DNA of 64,000 bases from Anaerolineales bacterium (GCA_015075725.1 JABTTV010000001.1:3461223-3525222); one strand, 5' to 3'; shown: positions 28,643-37,437, counted from the stretch's first letter. The notes: generated from the letters alone by a model not told the origin. Numbers and translations are program-made.

Positions 28643-29446
28643 CTATTGTTCTACTTTTACAATCCAGTGTGAAAGTATCAGGTCGTAAGTCCCATCACTG
28701 CGCATTTCTGAAAGCGTTTTGTTTATTGCCTCCCGGAGTTTAATGCTGGCTGTATCTTTCCTGAAAGCAAATGCACTTTGGGTTTCTGTCCACGGCCCAG
28801 ATACAACTTTTAAGGCACCACCGCTTTTTTTTATATATTCAGATGCGACAGATAATTCAACGATAATCGCATCTCCGCGCCCTAACTGTAATTCGCGAAA
28901 ACATTCCGAGAGGAGCGAGTATGTTTTTACGTTCTCGGTATATTTCTTGGCCTCTTGCTCTTCAGTCGTTCCAATTGGAACAAGTACTATCCTCCCAGTC
29001 AGATCCTCAGGTTTATGTATATCTGTGTTGTCTGAACGAACTACCAACACATGACCGCTGGTAAAGACAACGTCCGAAAAATCAACGGTGCTTTTCCTTT
29101 CTTCCGTGATGTTCATTTCTGCTGTGATAATGTCGAACCTTTTTGCTTGTAAAGCTGGGATTATGCCTTTCCATTCAATTGTGACGAATTTGACCTCCAG
29201 CCCCAATCTTTCTCCAATCTCGTTCGCCAAATCAACATCTAACCCAACTAACTGTTTGGTATCGGCATCTAAGTATGTATGAGGCGGATAGGCAGCATCA
29301 GCACCAATAGTTAATACACCTGGCTCGACCAAATCGAACTCCGAAAGGGGAGCCTGTTTGGTCTCCGCCATTGACGAACAGGCAGTGATTAAAAATACAA
29401 ATACTAATAAAAAATAACCAATACAAGAGGACAGTTTTCTATTCAT
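28643..29446 (-). CDS. Polar amino-acid-type ABC substrate-binding lipoprotein (SBP_bac_3)
   Basis: Lipobox ITAC; GADAAYPP, GLDVDL and ITEERKSTVDFS motifs. Confidence 0.9.
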   Translation of the reverse strand: MNRKLSSCIGYFLLVFVFLITACSSMAETKQAPLSEFDLVEPGVLTIGADAAYPPHTYLDADTKQLVGLDVDLANEIGERLGLEVKFVTIEWKGIIPALQAKRFDIITAEMNITEERKSTVDFSDVVFTSGHVLVVRSDNTDIHKPEDLTGRIVLVPIGTTEEQEAKKYTENVKTYSLLSECFRELQLGRGDAIIVELSVASEYIKKSGGALKVVSGPWTETQSAFAFRKDTASIKLREAINKTLSEMRSDGTYDLILSHWIVKVEQ

Positions 29447-29460
29447 GAGGCACCTCCAAT

Positions 29461-30621
29461 TTACATTGTGGCTTCAATTATCCCAGGAATTTCATCTATC
29501 TTAGTGGCAATCCTGCTTGCTGAGTAGAGAAGCATCAAATTACGCATGGTAGGGGCACGATCACGCGCATTTGTTTGAATATTTCCAGAGTAATAAAGAA
29601 CCACTTCCTTGTTCAAGGCTTTTGCAGCTCCCTGGATAGCAGCAGTTCCACTGTCAGTTTCAACTGCATCTGCAGATAGTACAAGAACATCAGATGTTAG
29701 TGCCGCGTGAAGATCAATTTCGCCAAGACGATACGGATTTAGGGGAGTCCTCTCAACGCTATGTAGGTTCGATTGATGGTTAGGGTCATGTCGTTTACCA
29801 GTCTGCACAATGAACCCTTTTTTGGTTAACATTCCAGATAGTCGTTTAGTGTAATCTCTACTCCACTCGTACATCCCACCAGCGAAATCAACAAAGATTG
29901 TCCGCCCATTTTTTGGCTTTTTGGGGCTATTACTTTCAATTGACAATGGGTTTATAAAATCGTTCGGCTCTATTGCCATCCTTTTTACACGGTCTCGAAC
30001 CAAACTATATAATTGCTTGTTTGCAGCATTGAGTCTTTCCTCAAAATCAATCGTTACTCTTCTCATTGCATCATAATTGTTATCTTTTGGGAAGGTCATT
30101 TTGGTTCCAGGAAGATCTTTGTAGTGTAATACCTGATTGCACATACGAACTAATATGGGATCAAGAATAAACTCGATTTCTGAATTCGAGATTGATGAAT
30201 AATGAATGAAGTCTGTAACAATTGCTAAGACGGGGACTTTTTTGGCAAAAGCAAATCCAATTTCCATGCAAATTCCGTCATCTTTGCAAGGATCATTAAG
30301 ATAAGACACAAGGGCAAAAAGGCGTTCTAGCCGCTTTATGTCATCCAAATAAATCTCTCTTGCTCTATCTTCCCTTTTTATCGTATTTGCTATTTTTTCG
30401 TTATTTTCGACGGTGTCGCGAAAAGGCATAAATGCCGGAAAACAGGTTAGTGGTATTTGGAGATATTCGGAGGCGTCTGAAAGTCCTGCTAGAATCGCTT
30501 CTTCCAGTTTTATGGTTGCCAGTTTTTCTGTGTAATCATATAAGCGTGTGGCTATATATAAAATCTTTCTACCTGACGCCAAATCTGTAAACGGATGTTG
30601 TTCTGTGTAATTATTCTGCAT
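29461..30621 (-). CDS. Tandem nucleoside 2-deoxyribosyltransferase (NDT/DNPH1-like) domain protein
   Basis: Domain 1: YLDDIKRL...DDGICMEIGFA (catalytic Glu present). Domain 2: IDLHAALTSD...DSGTAAIQGAA (Glu absent). Confidence 0.75.
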   Translation of the reverse strand: MQNNYTEQHPFTDLASGRKILYIATRLYDYTEKLATIKLEEAILAGLSDASEYLQIPLTCFPAFMPFRDTVENNEKIANTIKREDRAREIYLDDIKRLERLFALVSYLNDPCKDDGICMEIGFAFAKKVPVLAIVTDFIHYSSISNSEIEFILDPILVRMCNQVLHYKDLPGTKMTFPKDNNYDAMRRVTIDFEERLNAANKQLYSLVRDRVKRMAIEPNDFINPLSIESNSPKKPKNGRTIFVDFAGGMYEWSRDYTKRLSGMLTKKGFIVQTGKRHDPNHQSNLHSVERTPLNPYRLGEIDLHAALTSDVLVLSADAVETDSGTAAIQGAAKALNKEVVLYYSGNIQTNARDRAPTMRNLMLLYSASRIATKIDEIPGIIEATM

Positions 30622-31471
30622 ATCTCTTCACTCTCGACTGGATCCATGTTGTTCTTTTGTAAATTTCTTCGCTGGATGCATTTGTAATCCGAGAAGCTCC
30701 CCAACCCTCCACGCAGATAGATGCCAAGGCAGATCCAACTGAAAGAGCGGCAACAAGATCTTTGTTTTGACAAAGCATTCCTACGCAACCACCTGCCAGT
30801 ACATCTCCTGCCCCTGTTGGGTCAACTAAGTGAGCCTTATATGCGGGAACATCAAGGATTACGTTGTTGTTTCTATAAACCTGTACCCCACTTTTGTCAT
30901 TCGTAACAATAACAGTTAAATTAGGATGGTCAGAGAATTTTAGCCAATTACTGCACTGGTGATATTCTTCCAAATTCAAGAAAATGTATTTGATGTATGG
31001 CAAAAGCAGTTGAATGGATGCGCGTTTTTTCTCAAGGCTCGACAATGAGACGTCTGTAGAAAAAACAGATGAATTAAAAGTCGTTATAAAATTTTCCGGG
31101 AGTATTGGATCTTTAGAGGTTAAATGCACAACATATGTGCCTTCAGCCAAAGAGGGGGTATCTCTTGGGTCAATTATTTTGGTGTTGAAATTGCTTATTA
31201 TATTTTTTAGTGCCTTTGTATCATCATATCGAAGAGTAAAACGTGTAGTGGACCCTGTTGTGGATTTTAGGTATTTAAGATTTAGTTGCTTCATCTTCGG
31301 CATCGATTCAAAAGGAAAATCAGTCCCTACAATTGCAGCAAGGAAAACTGTGCAGCCTGTAAGGCTTGCTGCATAGGCCATATAGTATCCCGTTCCGCCT
31401 ATGGTTTCCACTTTTTGGCTGCCTATCTCTATGGTGTCTAAAGAGACATTTCCTATGACTAGAAGATCCAT
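30611..31471 (-). CDS. PfkB/ribokinase-family kinase
   Basis: GNVSLD, GGTGYY, AIVGTDF and DPTGAGDVL signatures. Confidence 0.9.
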   Translation of the reverse strand: MDLLVIGNVSLDTIEIGSQKVETIGGTGYYMAYAASLTGCTVFLAAIVGTDFPFESMPKMKQLNLKYLKSTTGSTTRFTLRYDDTKALKNIISNFNTKIIDPRDTPSLAEGTYVVHLTSKDPILPENFITTFNSSVFSTDVSLSSLEKKRASIQLLLPYIKYIFLNLEEYHQCSNWLKFSDHPNLTVIVTNDKSGVQVYRNNNVILDVPAYKAHLVDPTGAGDVLAGGCVGMLCQNKDLVAALSVGSALASICVEGWGASRITNASSEEIYKRTTWIQSRVKRYAE

Positions 31472-31493
31472 GCTACCTCATGGTGTTGTGTTT

Positions 31494-32009
31494 TTAGGTG
31501 GCTATTTTCTTTTGTAACAACGAAACAAGTTCTTCTATTCTCAAGGATGATGCATTTTGAGAAAGGCCACTGTTATAAGTGAAAACTGGAAGATTTTCCC
31601 TGGCGACGGCAATTATCCTTTTATAATTCCTTAATGTTTCTGGAATTAGCGAAATGGGTAAATAATTCTCTTTTTCGCTTGTAAAGCGATCAGTAATTAT
31701 GCTGCGATTTGCAAAACAATAAATAAAACATCCGCCTTGAATCTGAATCATTTTGTTCAGATTGCGGAATTGCGAAATGCTCAGCCTTGAGTGCCCGCGA
31801 ATTAAAGGGCCATACACTAATTCGCTTGGGTAGAAGCGATCTGCTATCGTGGGACGATTTATTGAGCGGATTATATCTACATACTTTTCGAAAAGATTAG
31901 TCTCGACAGATATAGTTGCATGATAGTAGATAAGATCGACACGTGCCGCAAGTGTTTGCGCTAGTGTAGTTTTGCCGGCTTTATCGCATCCCTCCACGAT
32001 TACTATCAT
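31494..32009 (-). CDS. Thymidylate-kinase-like nucleotide monophosphate kinase
   Basis: IVEGCDKAGKTT P-loop and ADRFYPSELVY (DR motif). Confidence 0.8.
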   Translation of the reverse strand: MIVIVEGCDKAGKTTLAQTLAARVDLIYYHATISVETNLFEKYVDIIRSINRPTIADRFYPSELVYGPLIRGHSRLSISQFRNLNKMIQIQGGCFIYCFANRSIITDRFTSEKENYLPISLIPETLRNYKRIIAVARENLPVFTYNSGLSQNASSLRIEELVSLLQKKIAT

Positions 32010-32863
32010 GTTTTTGACTGCATACAGGTGTATTTCATTCGACGAGAAAGTGATGCATCTTTAGCTAGTGGACATTTCGAAGCATCGTGCAAGTTACAAT
32101 ATCTTCTTTTGAAATAGATTAATGTAAGATGTACCCACCATGTGTTTATTTGACCTTCCCTCATTTCTGAGAGTATATCTTGAAAGCCAGTTGCAGAAAG
32201 CAATGTTGAAAAGTCTAGTTTTGATGCAAGAGCTTCTATGTGTTTACGCATTCGCTCGTGCCCGCGTGCATTCTGTTCCGTTTCAAACCCCAGACAAGGC
32301 CCAAGTAAATCTTTCATGCCTGAGTCCACTGGGATAATTCCACATTGGTATCCTCGAATGTATAACGTGCTTCCTTCGGCAACTTTATAACCAACGCCCC
32401 TAATATGTTTTTGAAGAAATTCTATATGCTCATCATTGGATAGATTCTGAAGTTGTGGTGGAACTTCAGAAGTGTTCGGGAACGAATTTGCAAATATCCT
32501 TAATGACTCCCAGAACTTCCAACGACTTTCCGCCAACCCGAGTGGGGTCACAATGCTCATAAACTCCTTACTACTAAGTTTCATAAGACCATCAAAACCG
32601 CGATGTGCCAGATTATCTCGAACATTCTGGAATTTAGAAATGGCATTGTAATTGACTCGTGTGCTTAAACCCGCAAAAAGTATCTTTAATCTCCAATCTG
32701 TAATCTCTGTTGGCCACCATCGATTATTCCAGTAATTGTCCCTGACATCGGTATGTACGTTGGGCATGCTACCAGCAATGGTAAGTATCCGAGAAAGCTC
32801 TGATATCTGAAGAGGTGCTATGTCACTTAGATTGGTTCTATGTGTATTTCCTGTCTTAGGCAT
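32006..32863 (-). CDS. HhH-GPD (endonuclease III-like) DNA glycosylase family protein
   Basis: HhH IRGVGYKVA (Lys), catalytic PVD, and degenerate C-terminal Cys motif YCNLHDASKCPL. Confidence 0.7.
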   Translation of the reverse strand: MPKTGNTHRTNLSDIAPLQISELSRILTIAGSMPNVHTDVRDNYWNNRWWPTEITDWRLKILFAGLSTRVNYNAISKFQNVRDNLAHRGFDGLMKLSSKEFMSIVTPLGLAESRWKFWESLRIFANSFPNTSEVPPQLQNLSNDEHIEFLQKHIRGVGYKVAEGSTLYIRGYQCGIIPVDSGMKDLLGPCLGFETEQNARGHERMRKHIEALASKLDFSTLLSATGFQDILSEMREGQINTWWVHLTLIYFKRRYCNLHDASKCPLAKDASLSRRMKYTCMQSKT

Positions 32864-33204
32864 TTTACCTCGACACTTTTTTCAAATTTCGAACATGTGA
32901 TTTCTGTCTAGAAAATGGTCTTTTGGTATACACTTATTATTCTGCTTACACTAATCCCCACTAAAAGTACTTATTTGCCTGCGTTTTCTGGGTCACTTAT
33001 CAAGTGGCTCAATCCAAGTAGGTAGTATAGTCTCAATTTTCCCATATTGCAATTACATTTATCCAATATAGATACAACCTGAGGGTTTACTTAATTTCTT
33101 AGCTTTGATTTTCAATAAATCGCTATTTCGCTTCTATTTATTTATAGTTATATTGGATAGATTGGTTTTGTAAATTAGCCTTTACAAGGAGAATAGCCCA
33201 CTCC

Positions 33205-33234
33205 TTGACTAAAGAACATTTGTTCTACTATAAT
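33205..33234 (+). promoter_or_regulatory. Sigma70 promoter with LexA (Gram-positive-type SOS) box in the spacer
   Basis: TTGACT (33205-33210)-N18-TATAAT (33229-33234), with GAAC-ATTT-GTTC at 33214-33225. Confidence 0.75.
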
Positions 33235-33241
33235 CCTTTTT

Positions 33242-33661
33242 ATGTCTATCTGGGATCGTCTTCTGTACCTGATAGGCTTGCGCCCTACGCCCGGTCCTCG
33301 AACCTACCACTTTGATGCGAGTGAAAGCCTGCAAGTCACGCTTTCCACACTTTCTTCTGACGAAGGCCGTCCTGAATACGATTTGATCCCCGATATCCTG
33401 GTCGCCGGCCTGACACAATACACCGCCAATGAAAGACTCTGGAATACTTGGGAGTCTCTCTCTCAACGCGAAAAGGATGTCACCGCGCTGGTGTGTCTGG
33501 GTTATACCAACCGCGAGATCGGGGCAAGATTGCATATCTCGCGTGAAACGGTCAAGGATCGTCTGGAAACAGCGTTTCGAAAATTCAAAGTACACAAGCG
33601 GAATGATCTGCGCGTTCTTATGTCCCACTGGGATTTTAGTGAGTGGGATCGCCAGCAATAG
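33242..33661 (+). CDS. LuxR-type HTH regulator (no receiver domain)
   Basis: LSQREKDVTALVCLGYTNREIGARLHISRETVKDRL. The ATG is only 7 nt after the -10 box, so the transcript is probably leaderless. Confidence 0.85.
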   Translation: MSIWDRLLYLIGLRPTPGPRTYHFDASESLQVTLSTLSSDEGRPEYDLIPDILVAGLTQYTANERLWNTWESLSQREKDVTALVCLGYTNREIGARLHISRETVKDRLETAFRKFKVHKRNDLRVLMSHWDFSEWDRQQ

Positions 33662-33767
33662 GGGGTTACCCCGTGTTCATCCCCTAAATCTAGTACCCCC
33701 ATTTTCCCCCCATCTGATACCCAGGTGGGGGCTGTTGTTTAATAGTGAAAGATATTAATCTCACAGA

Positions 33768-34298
33768 ATGGAAATCCTCCCTGTTCTTAAAATAGGCAAG
33801 CTGATCGTCCTCTACACCCCGGACGCTGCACGCACCGAAAGCATGGTCTTGATCGCTGAACTTGGCTTGCGCGGCGCAGTCACCATCATGGATGGTGGTA
33901 ACCGGTATCGTCCGTATCAGGTTGCTAAATTACTGCGCACGAAAACGGTGGATATTTCAACGGCAGCAAACCGCTTGTTCAGCCGGCGCGCCTTTACCTG
34001 CTATGAGATGAATACCTTGTTGAGTTCCACACCATCCCTGAACCAGCCCTATTTGATCCTGGACTTGTTGAACACATTCTATGACGATCATGTACCAGCC
34101 TATGAAGCGGATCGACTGTTGAAATCCTGCCTGTCTCAGATTCAACGCCTCGGGCTATCCGGACCAGTCGTTGTGACTCTTGCTCCACCTCTGGCAGAGG
34201 AACGCGGTTTTCTGCTTGAGCAGGTCTGCCGACAAGCAGATGAGGTCATCATCAAAGAAGTGCCTATTTGCCAACCCACCCAACCAGCGCTTTTCTGA
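33768..34298 (+). CDS. Inactive RecA/RadA-fold protein (PolB2 accessory, ImuA-analogous)
   Basis: VTIMDGGNRYRPY and SRRAFTCYEM motifs; no Walker A; first gene of the PolB2 trio. Confidence 0.7.
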   Translation: MEILPVLKIGKLIVLYTPDAARTESMVLIAELGLRGAVTIMDGGNRYRPYQVAKLLRTKTVDISTAANRLFSRRAFTCYEMNTLLSSTPSLNQPYLILDLLNTFYDDHVPAYEADRLLKSCLSQIQRLGLSGPVVVTLAPPLAEERGFLLEQVCRQADEVIIKEVPICQPTQPALF

Positions 34299-34307
34299 TC
34301 GAACCAT

Positions 34308-34574
34308 ATGGGTCGCACTCTCGTCACCATCACCCAACTTCTGACAGAAACCGAAGCCAACCTTTCGGCATTTCGGCGTACCTTGCGTCGCAGTGATCAG
34401 TATATCTTCGATGGTCTCTTTGCTGCTGCGCGTCGGCACATCGCTGCCATCGGGCAGGCGGAGTCTCTATTGCCTTTTGAAACCGCCTTGCTTGCCATGT
34501 TATTGGAGCAATCCAAGGAAATCGCGGTGCTTCAGCAGGAACTTGATGAACTGAAAAAGAAAAATCTGGGTTGA
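34308..34574 (+). CDS. Small helical PolB2 accessory protein (arCOG07300-like)
   Basis: MGRT...FRRTLRRSDQYIFD...PFETALLAMLLEQ pattern, characteristic of the small gene preceding PolB2. Confidence 0.75.
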   Translation: MGRTLVTITQLLTETEANLSAFRRTLRRSDQYIFDGLFAAARRHIAAIGQAESLLPFETALLAMLLEQSKEIAVLQQELDELKKKNLG

Positions 34575-34595
34575 CTGGCGGAGCCGTGTCGAAAT

Positions 34596-36776
34596 ATGGC
34601 TGAGGCAATTGGCTGGCTCCTGGATGTATATGCGGAGGAGGATGGAATCACCCTATGGTTGCTGACGGATGATGACAAACGCCTGCACCTGCGTATGGAA
34701 TTTGACATCACGTTTTATGCAGCGGGGGACTTCAATTTATTACGGCAGGCGTGGAAATACCTGAAAGAAAAAGATGTTAAATTGGAACGAACCGTTCGTC
34801 GCGATCTCTTTCTCGGCGAACGGGATGTAATGGCAGTTACTACATCCAATCCAGCCGGTCTTCAAAAAATGTTCGGGGAACTACAAAGGCAATTCCCTTC
34901 CCTCGATTACTACGATGCGGATATTCCCGTCACCCTGCGTTTTATTGCCCGGACAAATACCTATTTGTTGGGGCGCTGCCATGTCAGGTTTGATGAGGAA
35001 TGGATTCAATCCATCGAGCCTTTGTCCTCGCCTTGGGAGATCGACCCTGCGCCCATTCCCCTGCGCATTCTGACTCTCGCACCGGACTGTAATCCTGCGA
35101 TCCGGAAACCCAAACAATTGCATGTGAAATACGGGCAGAGGGAATACAGTCTGTCCCTTGATTCACCCAGACCCTTCCTGATCGGCTTGAAAGCCGACCT
35201 GCAGCGACTTGATCCCGATCTGATCCTGACCGATTACGGTGATACCTGGTTGTTCCCGCAACTTGGTGCATGGTCTGAGGAAACCGGCATTGAGTTGAAT
35301 CCGAATCGTGTTGAGAACAGACAGATCATGACGCGCAAAGCCGATAGCTATTTTGCCTATGGTCAAGTCACTTATCGCGGCGCACAATCCCATCTGTTCG
35401 GACGCTGGCACATTGACCGCAAAAATGCCATGTCTTTTGGGGAATATGGGCTGGAAGGCGCGATGGAACAGGCACGTGTCACAGGCATTGGTGTGCAGGA
35501 GATGGCGCGTAAATCTCCTGGCGCAGGCATCACTGCCATGCAGATGCTGACTGCGTTATGCAACGCAGTCATGGTTCCTGTTCAAAAGCAGCAGGTTGAA
35601 GGGACGAAGACGCTGTCCGAATTGATCCGTGCTGATCATGGCGGCTTGATCTATCAACCCCTCATTGGATTACACGGGAATGTAGCACAGATCGATTTCT
35701 CTTCCATGTATCCTGCGATCATGGTGAAACACAATATCTCCCCGGAAACCGTTGGGCTGGAAAGTGCTCCAGAGGGATTGATACCAAAAACTTTGCGACC
35801 TCTGTTGGAAAAACGCCTAATGCTCAAGAACATCCTCTCCGATCTCGACCCGCGCGATTGTAGAGTCGAAATCCTCAAGGCCCGTGCTGTGGCGCTCAAG
35901 TGGTTGTTGGTCGTGTGCTTTGGGTATTTGGGATACAAGAATGCCCGTTTTGGGAAGATCGAATCCCATGAAGCCGTGACTGCCATGAGCCGCGAACTGA
36001 TGCTGCAAGCCAAGGAGGTGGCAGAGGATATGGGATTCACGATTTTACATATGTATGTGGATTGTTTGTTCGTCCAGCAGGATGGGTTTCACAAGCCATC
36101 AGAATTTACGCCACTTATGAATGCCATCGAAGAGAAAACAGGCATTCCCATTGCATTGGAGGGAGTATTCAAGTGGGTCGCATTCCTGGCTTCGAAGCGG
36201 GATTCACGTGTTCCCGTGCCCAACCAATACTTTGGTGTGTTTCAGGATGGAACGCTCAAGTATCGCGGCATTGAGTTGCGCCGAAAGGATACAACCCTGT
36301 GGGTGAGAAAGATTCAATTGAAGGCGCTGAAAATCTTGGCACATGCAGACACCCCGCGTGAATTTGCCGACCGTGTTCCAGATGTGATGAAGTTGGTGGA
36401 AGATGCAAAACGAGACCTTAGAATTGGACGTGTCCCATTGGATGAGTTGATTGTCCGTCAAAGATTAAGTCGGGCAATTGAAGCATACAAGACTCCATCT
36501 CCAGCTGCACGCGCCGCCCGGCAGTTGCAGTCACACGGCAGGCAGCTTTTCCCCGGTCAATCGATGGAATTCTTGTTTGCTCGTAATCTATCCGGGGTGC
36601 ATGCCGTGGAATTGGGGATACCGACTGATCATCAAAGCATAAACTTCAAACGGTATTTTAGGTTGTTGGATCGAGCCATACAGTCTGTTGTATCATCATG
36701 TGAATCGCCTGGTATCCACGAACAACTATTGTTATGGGATTTTCCAAAGGTGCTCCATTCAAGACTTCCAAAATAA
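34596..36776 (+). CDS. Family B DNA polymerase, archaeal PolB2/Dpo2 (G2)-type, exonuclease degenerate
   Basis: Motif A IDFSSMYPAIM, motif B KWLLVVCFGYLGY, and atypical motif C HMYVDCL instead of YGDTDS. Confidence 0.85.
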   Translation: MAEAIGWLLDVYAEEDGITLWLLTDDDKRLHLRMEFDITFYAAGDFNLLRQAWKYLKEKDVKLERTVRRDLFLGERDVMAVTTSNPAGLQKMFGELQRQFPSLDYYDADIPVTLRFIARTNTYLLGRCHVRFDEEWIQSIEPLSSPWEIDPAPIPLRILTLAPDCNPAIRKPKQLHVKYGQREYSLSLDSPRPFLIGLKADLQRLDPDLILTDYGDTWLFPQLGAWSEETGIELNPNRVENRQIMTRKADSYFAYGQVTYRGAQSHLFGRWHIDRKNAMSFGEYGLEGAMEQARVTGIGVQEMARKSPGAGITAMQMLTALCNAVMVPVQKQQVEGTKTLSELIRADHGGLIYQPLIGLHGNVAQIDFSSMYPAIMVKHNISPETVGLESAPEGLIPKTLRPLLEKRLMLKNILSDLDPRDCRVEILKARAVALKWLLVVCFGYLGYKNARFGKIESHEAVTAMSRELMLQAKEVAEDMGFTILHMYVDCLFVQQDGFHKPSEFTPLMNAIEEKTGIPIALEGVFKWVAFLASKRDSRVPVPNQYFGVFQDGTLKYRGIELRRKDTTLWVRKIQLKALKILAHADTPREFADRVPDVMKLVEDAKRDLRIGRVPLDELIVRQRLSRAIEAYKTPSPAARAARQLQSHGRQLFPGQSMEFLFARNLSGVHAVELGIPTDHQSINFKRYFRLLDRAIQSVVSSCESPGIHEQLLLWDFPKVLHSRLPK

Positions 36777-36849
36777 TATGCGCTATCTAAATTGTATAAA
36801 GTTATTAAATTGGCGCTGTACATGATATGTATTCACTTACACATTTTAT

Positions 36850-37437
36850 TTGAAGGATACGAATATGGTTAACAATGATTGGAAAAGGTGGCAGGAAAAT
36901 AAACTTCGGGAGCAAAGGATTGGAGAATGGACATCGCGATTTGAAAAAGCCGATGGGAATAGCCGGGAATGGCAAAATGTCTATCGCGCCTATTTGCAAT
37001 CTGATGTTTGGAAAGAAAAGCGCAGGCAGGTCTTGGATCGCGCAAATGGCAAATGTGAAAAGTGCGGGGTAATTTTGTTGGACCCCGACGTGCATCACCT
37101 GACCTATGACAGGGCGGGTGGGAATGAGCGGCTTGATGATTTAATGGTTCTCTGCTTTCCCTGTCATAGAAAGGCAGATAAACAAAGAGATAGAGAAACG
37201 GATGAACGGCGAACAGCCTCATATTATCAAGCAAGGCTGCATGGATTTGCGACCCGGATCTATGGTGATATGTGGTGGTATGAAAAGGACCACGAAGAAG
37301 TCGAAATAGAATTTATTAAATTCCTGTATAAAAAGTATTGTGAAGAATATGGGCTCGAATTTGATCCGCATCTCGACCCAGAAAGCAACATTGATTTCAT
37401 GGAGTTTTGGAATCAGGTTTTAAATGGGGGTGGGTAA
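36850..37437 (+). CDS. HNH endonuclease
   Basis: YLQSDVWKEKR...CEKC...VHHLTY...NERLDDLMVLCFPCH. Confidence 0.85.
   Translation: MKDTNMVNNDWKRWQENKLREQRIGEWTSRFEKADGNSREWQNVYRAYLQSDVWKEKRRQVLDRANGKCEKCGVILLDPDVHHLTYDRAGGNERLDDLMVLCFPCHRKADKQRDRETDERRTASYYQARLHGFATRIYGDMWWYEKDHEEVEIEFIKFLYKKYCEEYGLEFDPHLDPESNIDFMEFWNQVLNGGG

Noticed and set aside
32890-32902. Second LexA box (CGAAC-ATGT-GATT) upstream of the glycosylase cassette
   Set aside because: The right half-site deviates from GTTC at two positions and no clear overlapping promoter is seen. Too weak to call, though cheap to test with the 33214 site.
33768-36776. imuABC/dnaE2 cassette or pipolin primer-independent PolB
   Set aside because: The polymerase is B-family with PolB2-type motifs. 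There is no Y-family ImuB, and no TPR/KxY features of piPolB were recognised.
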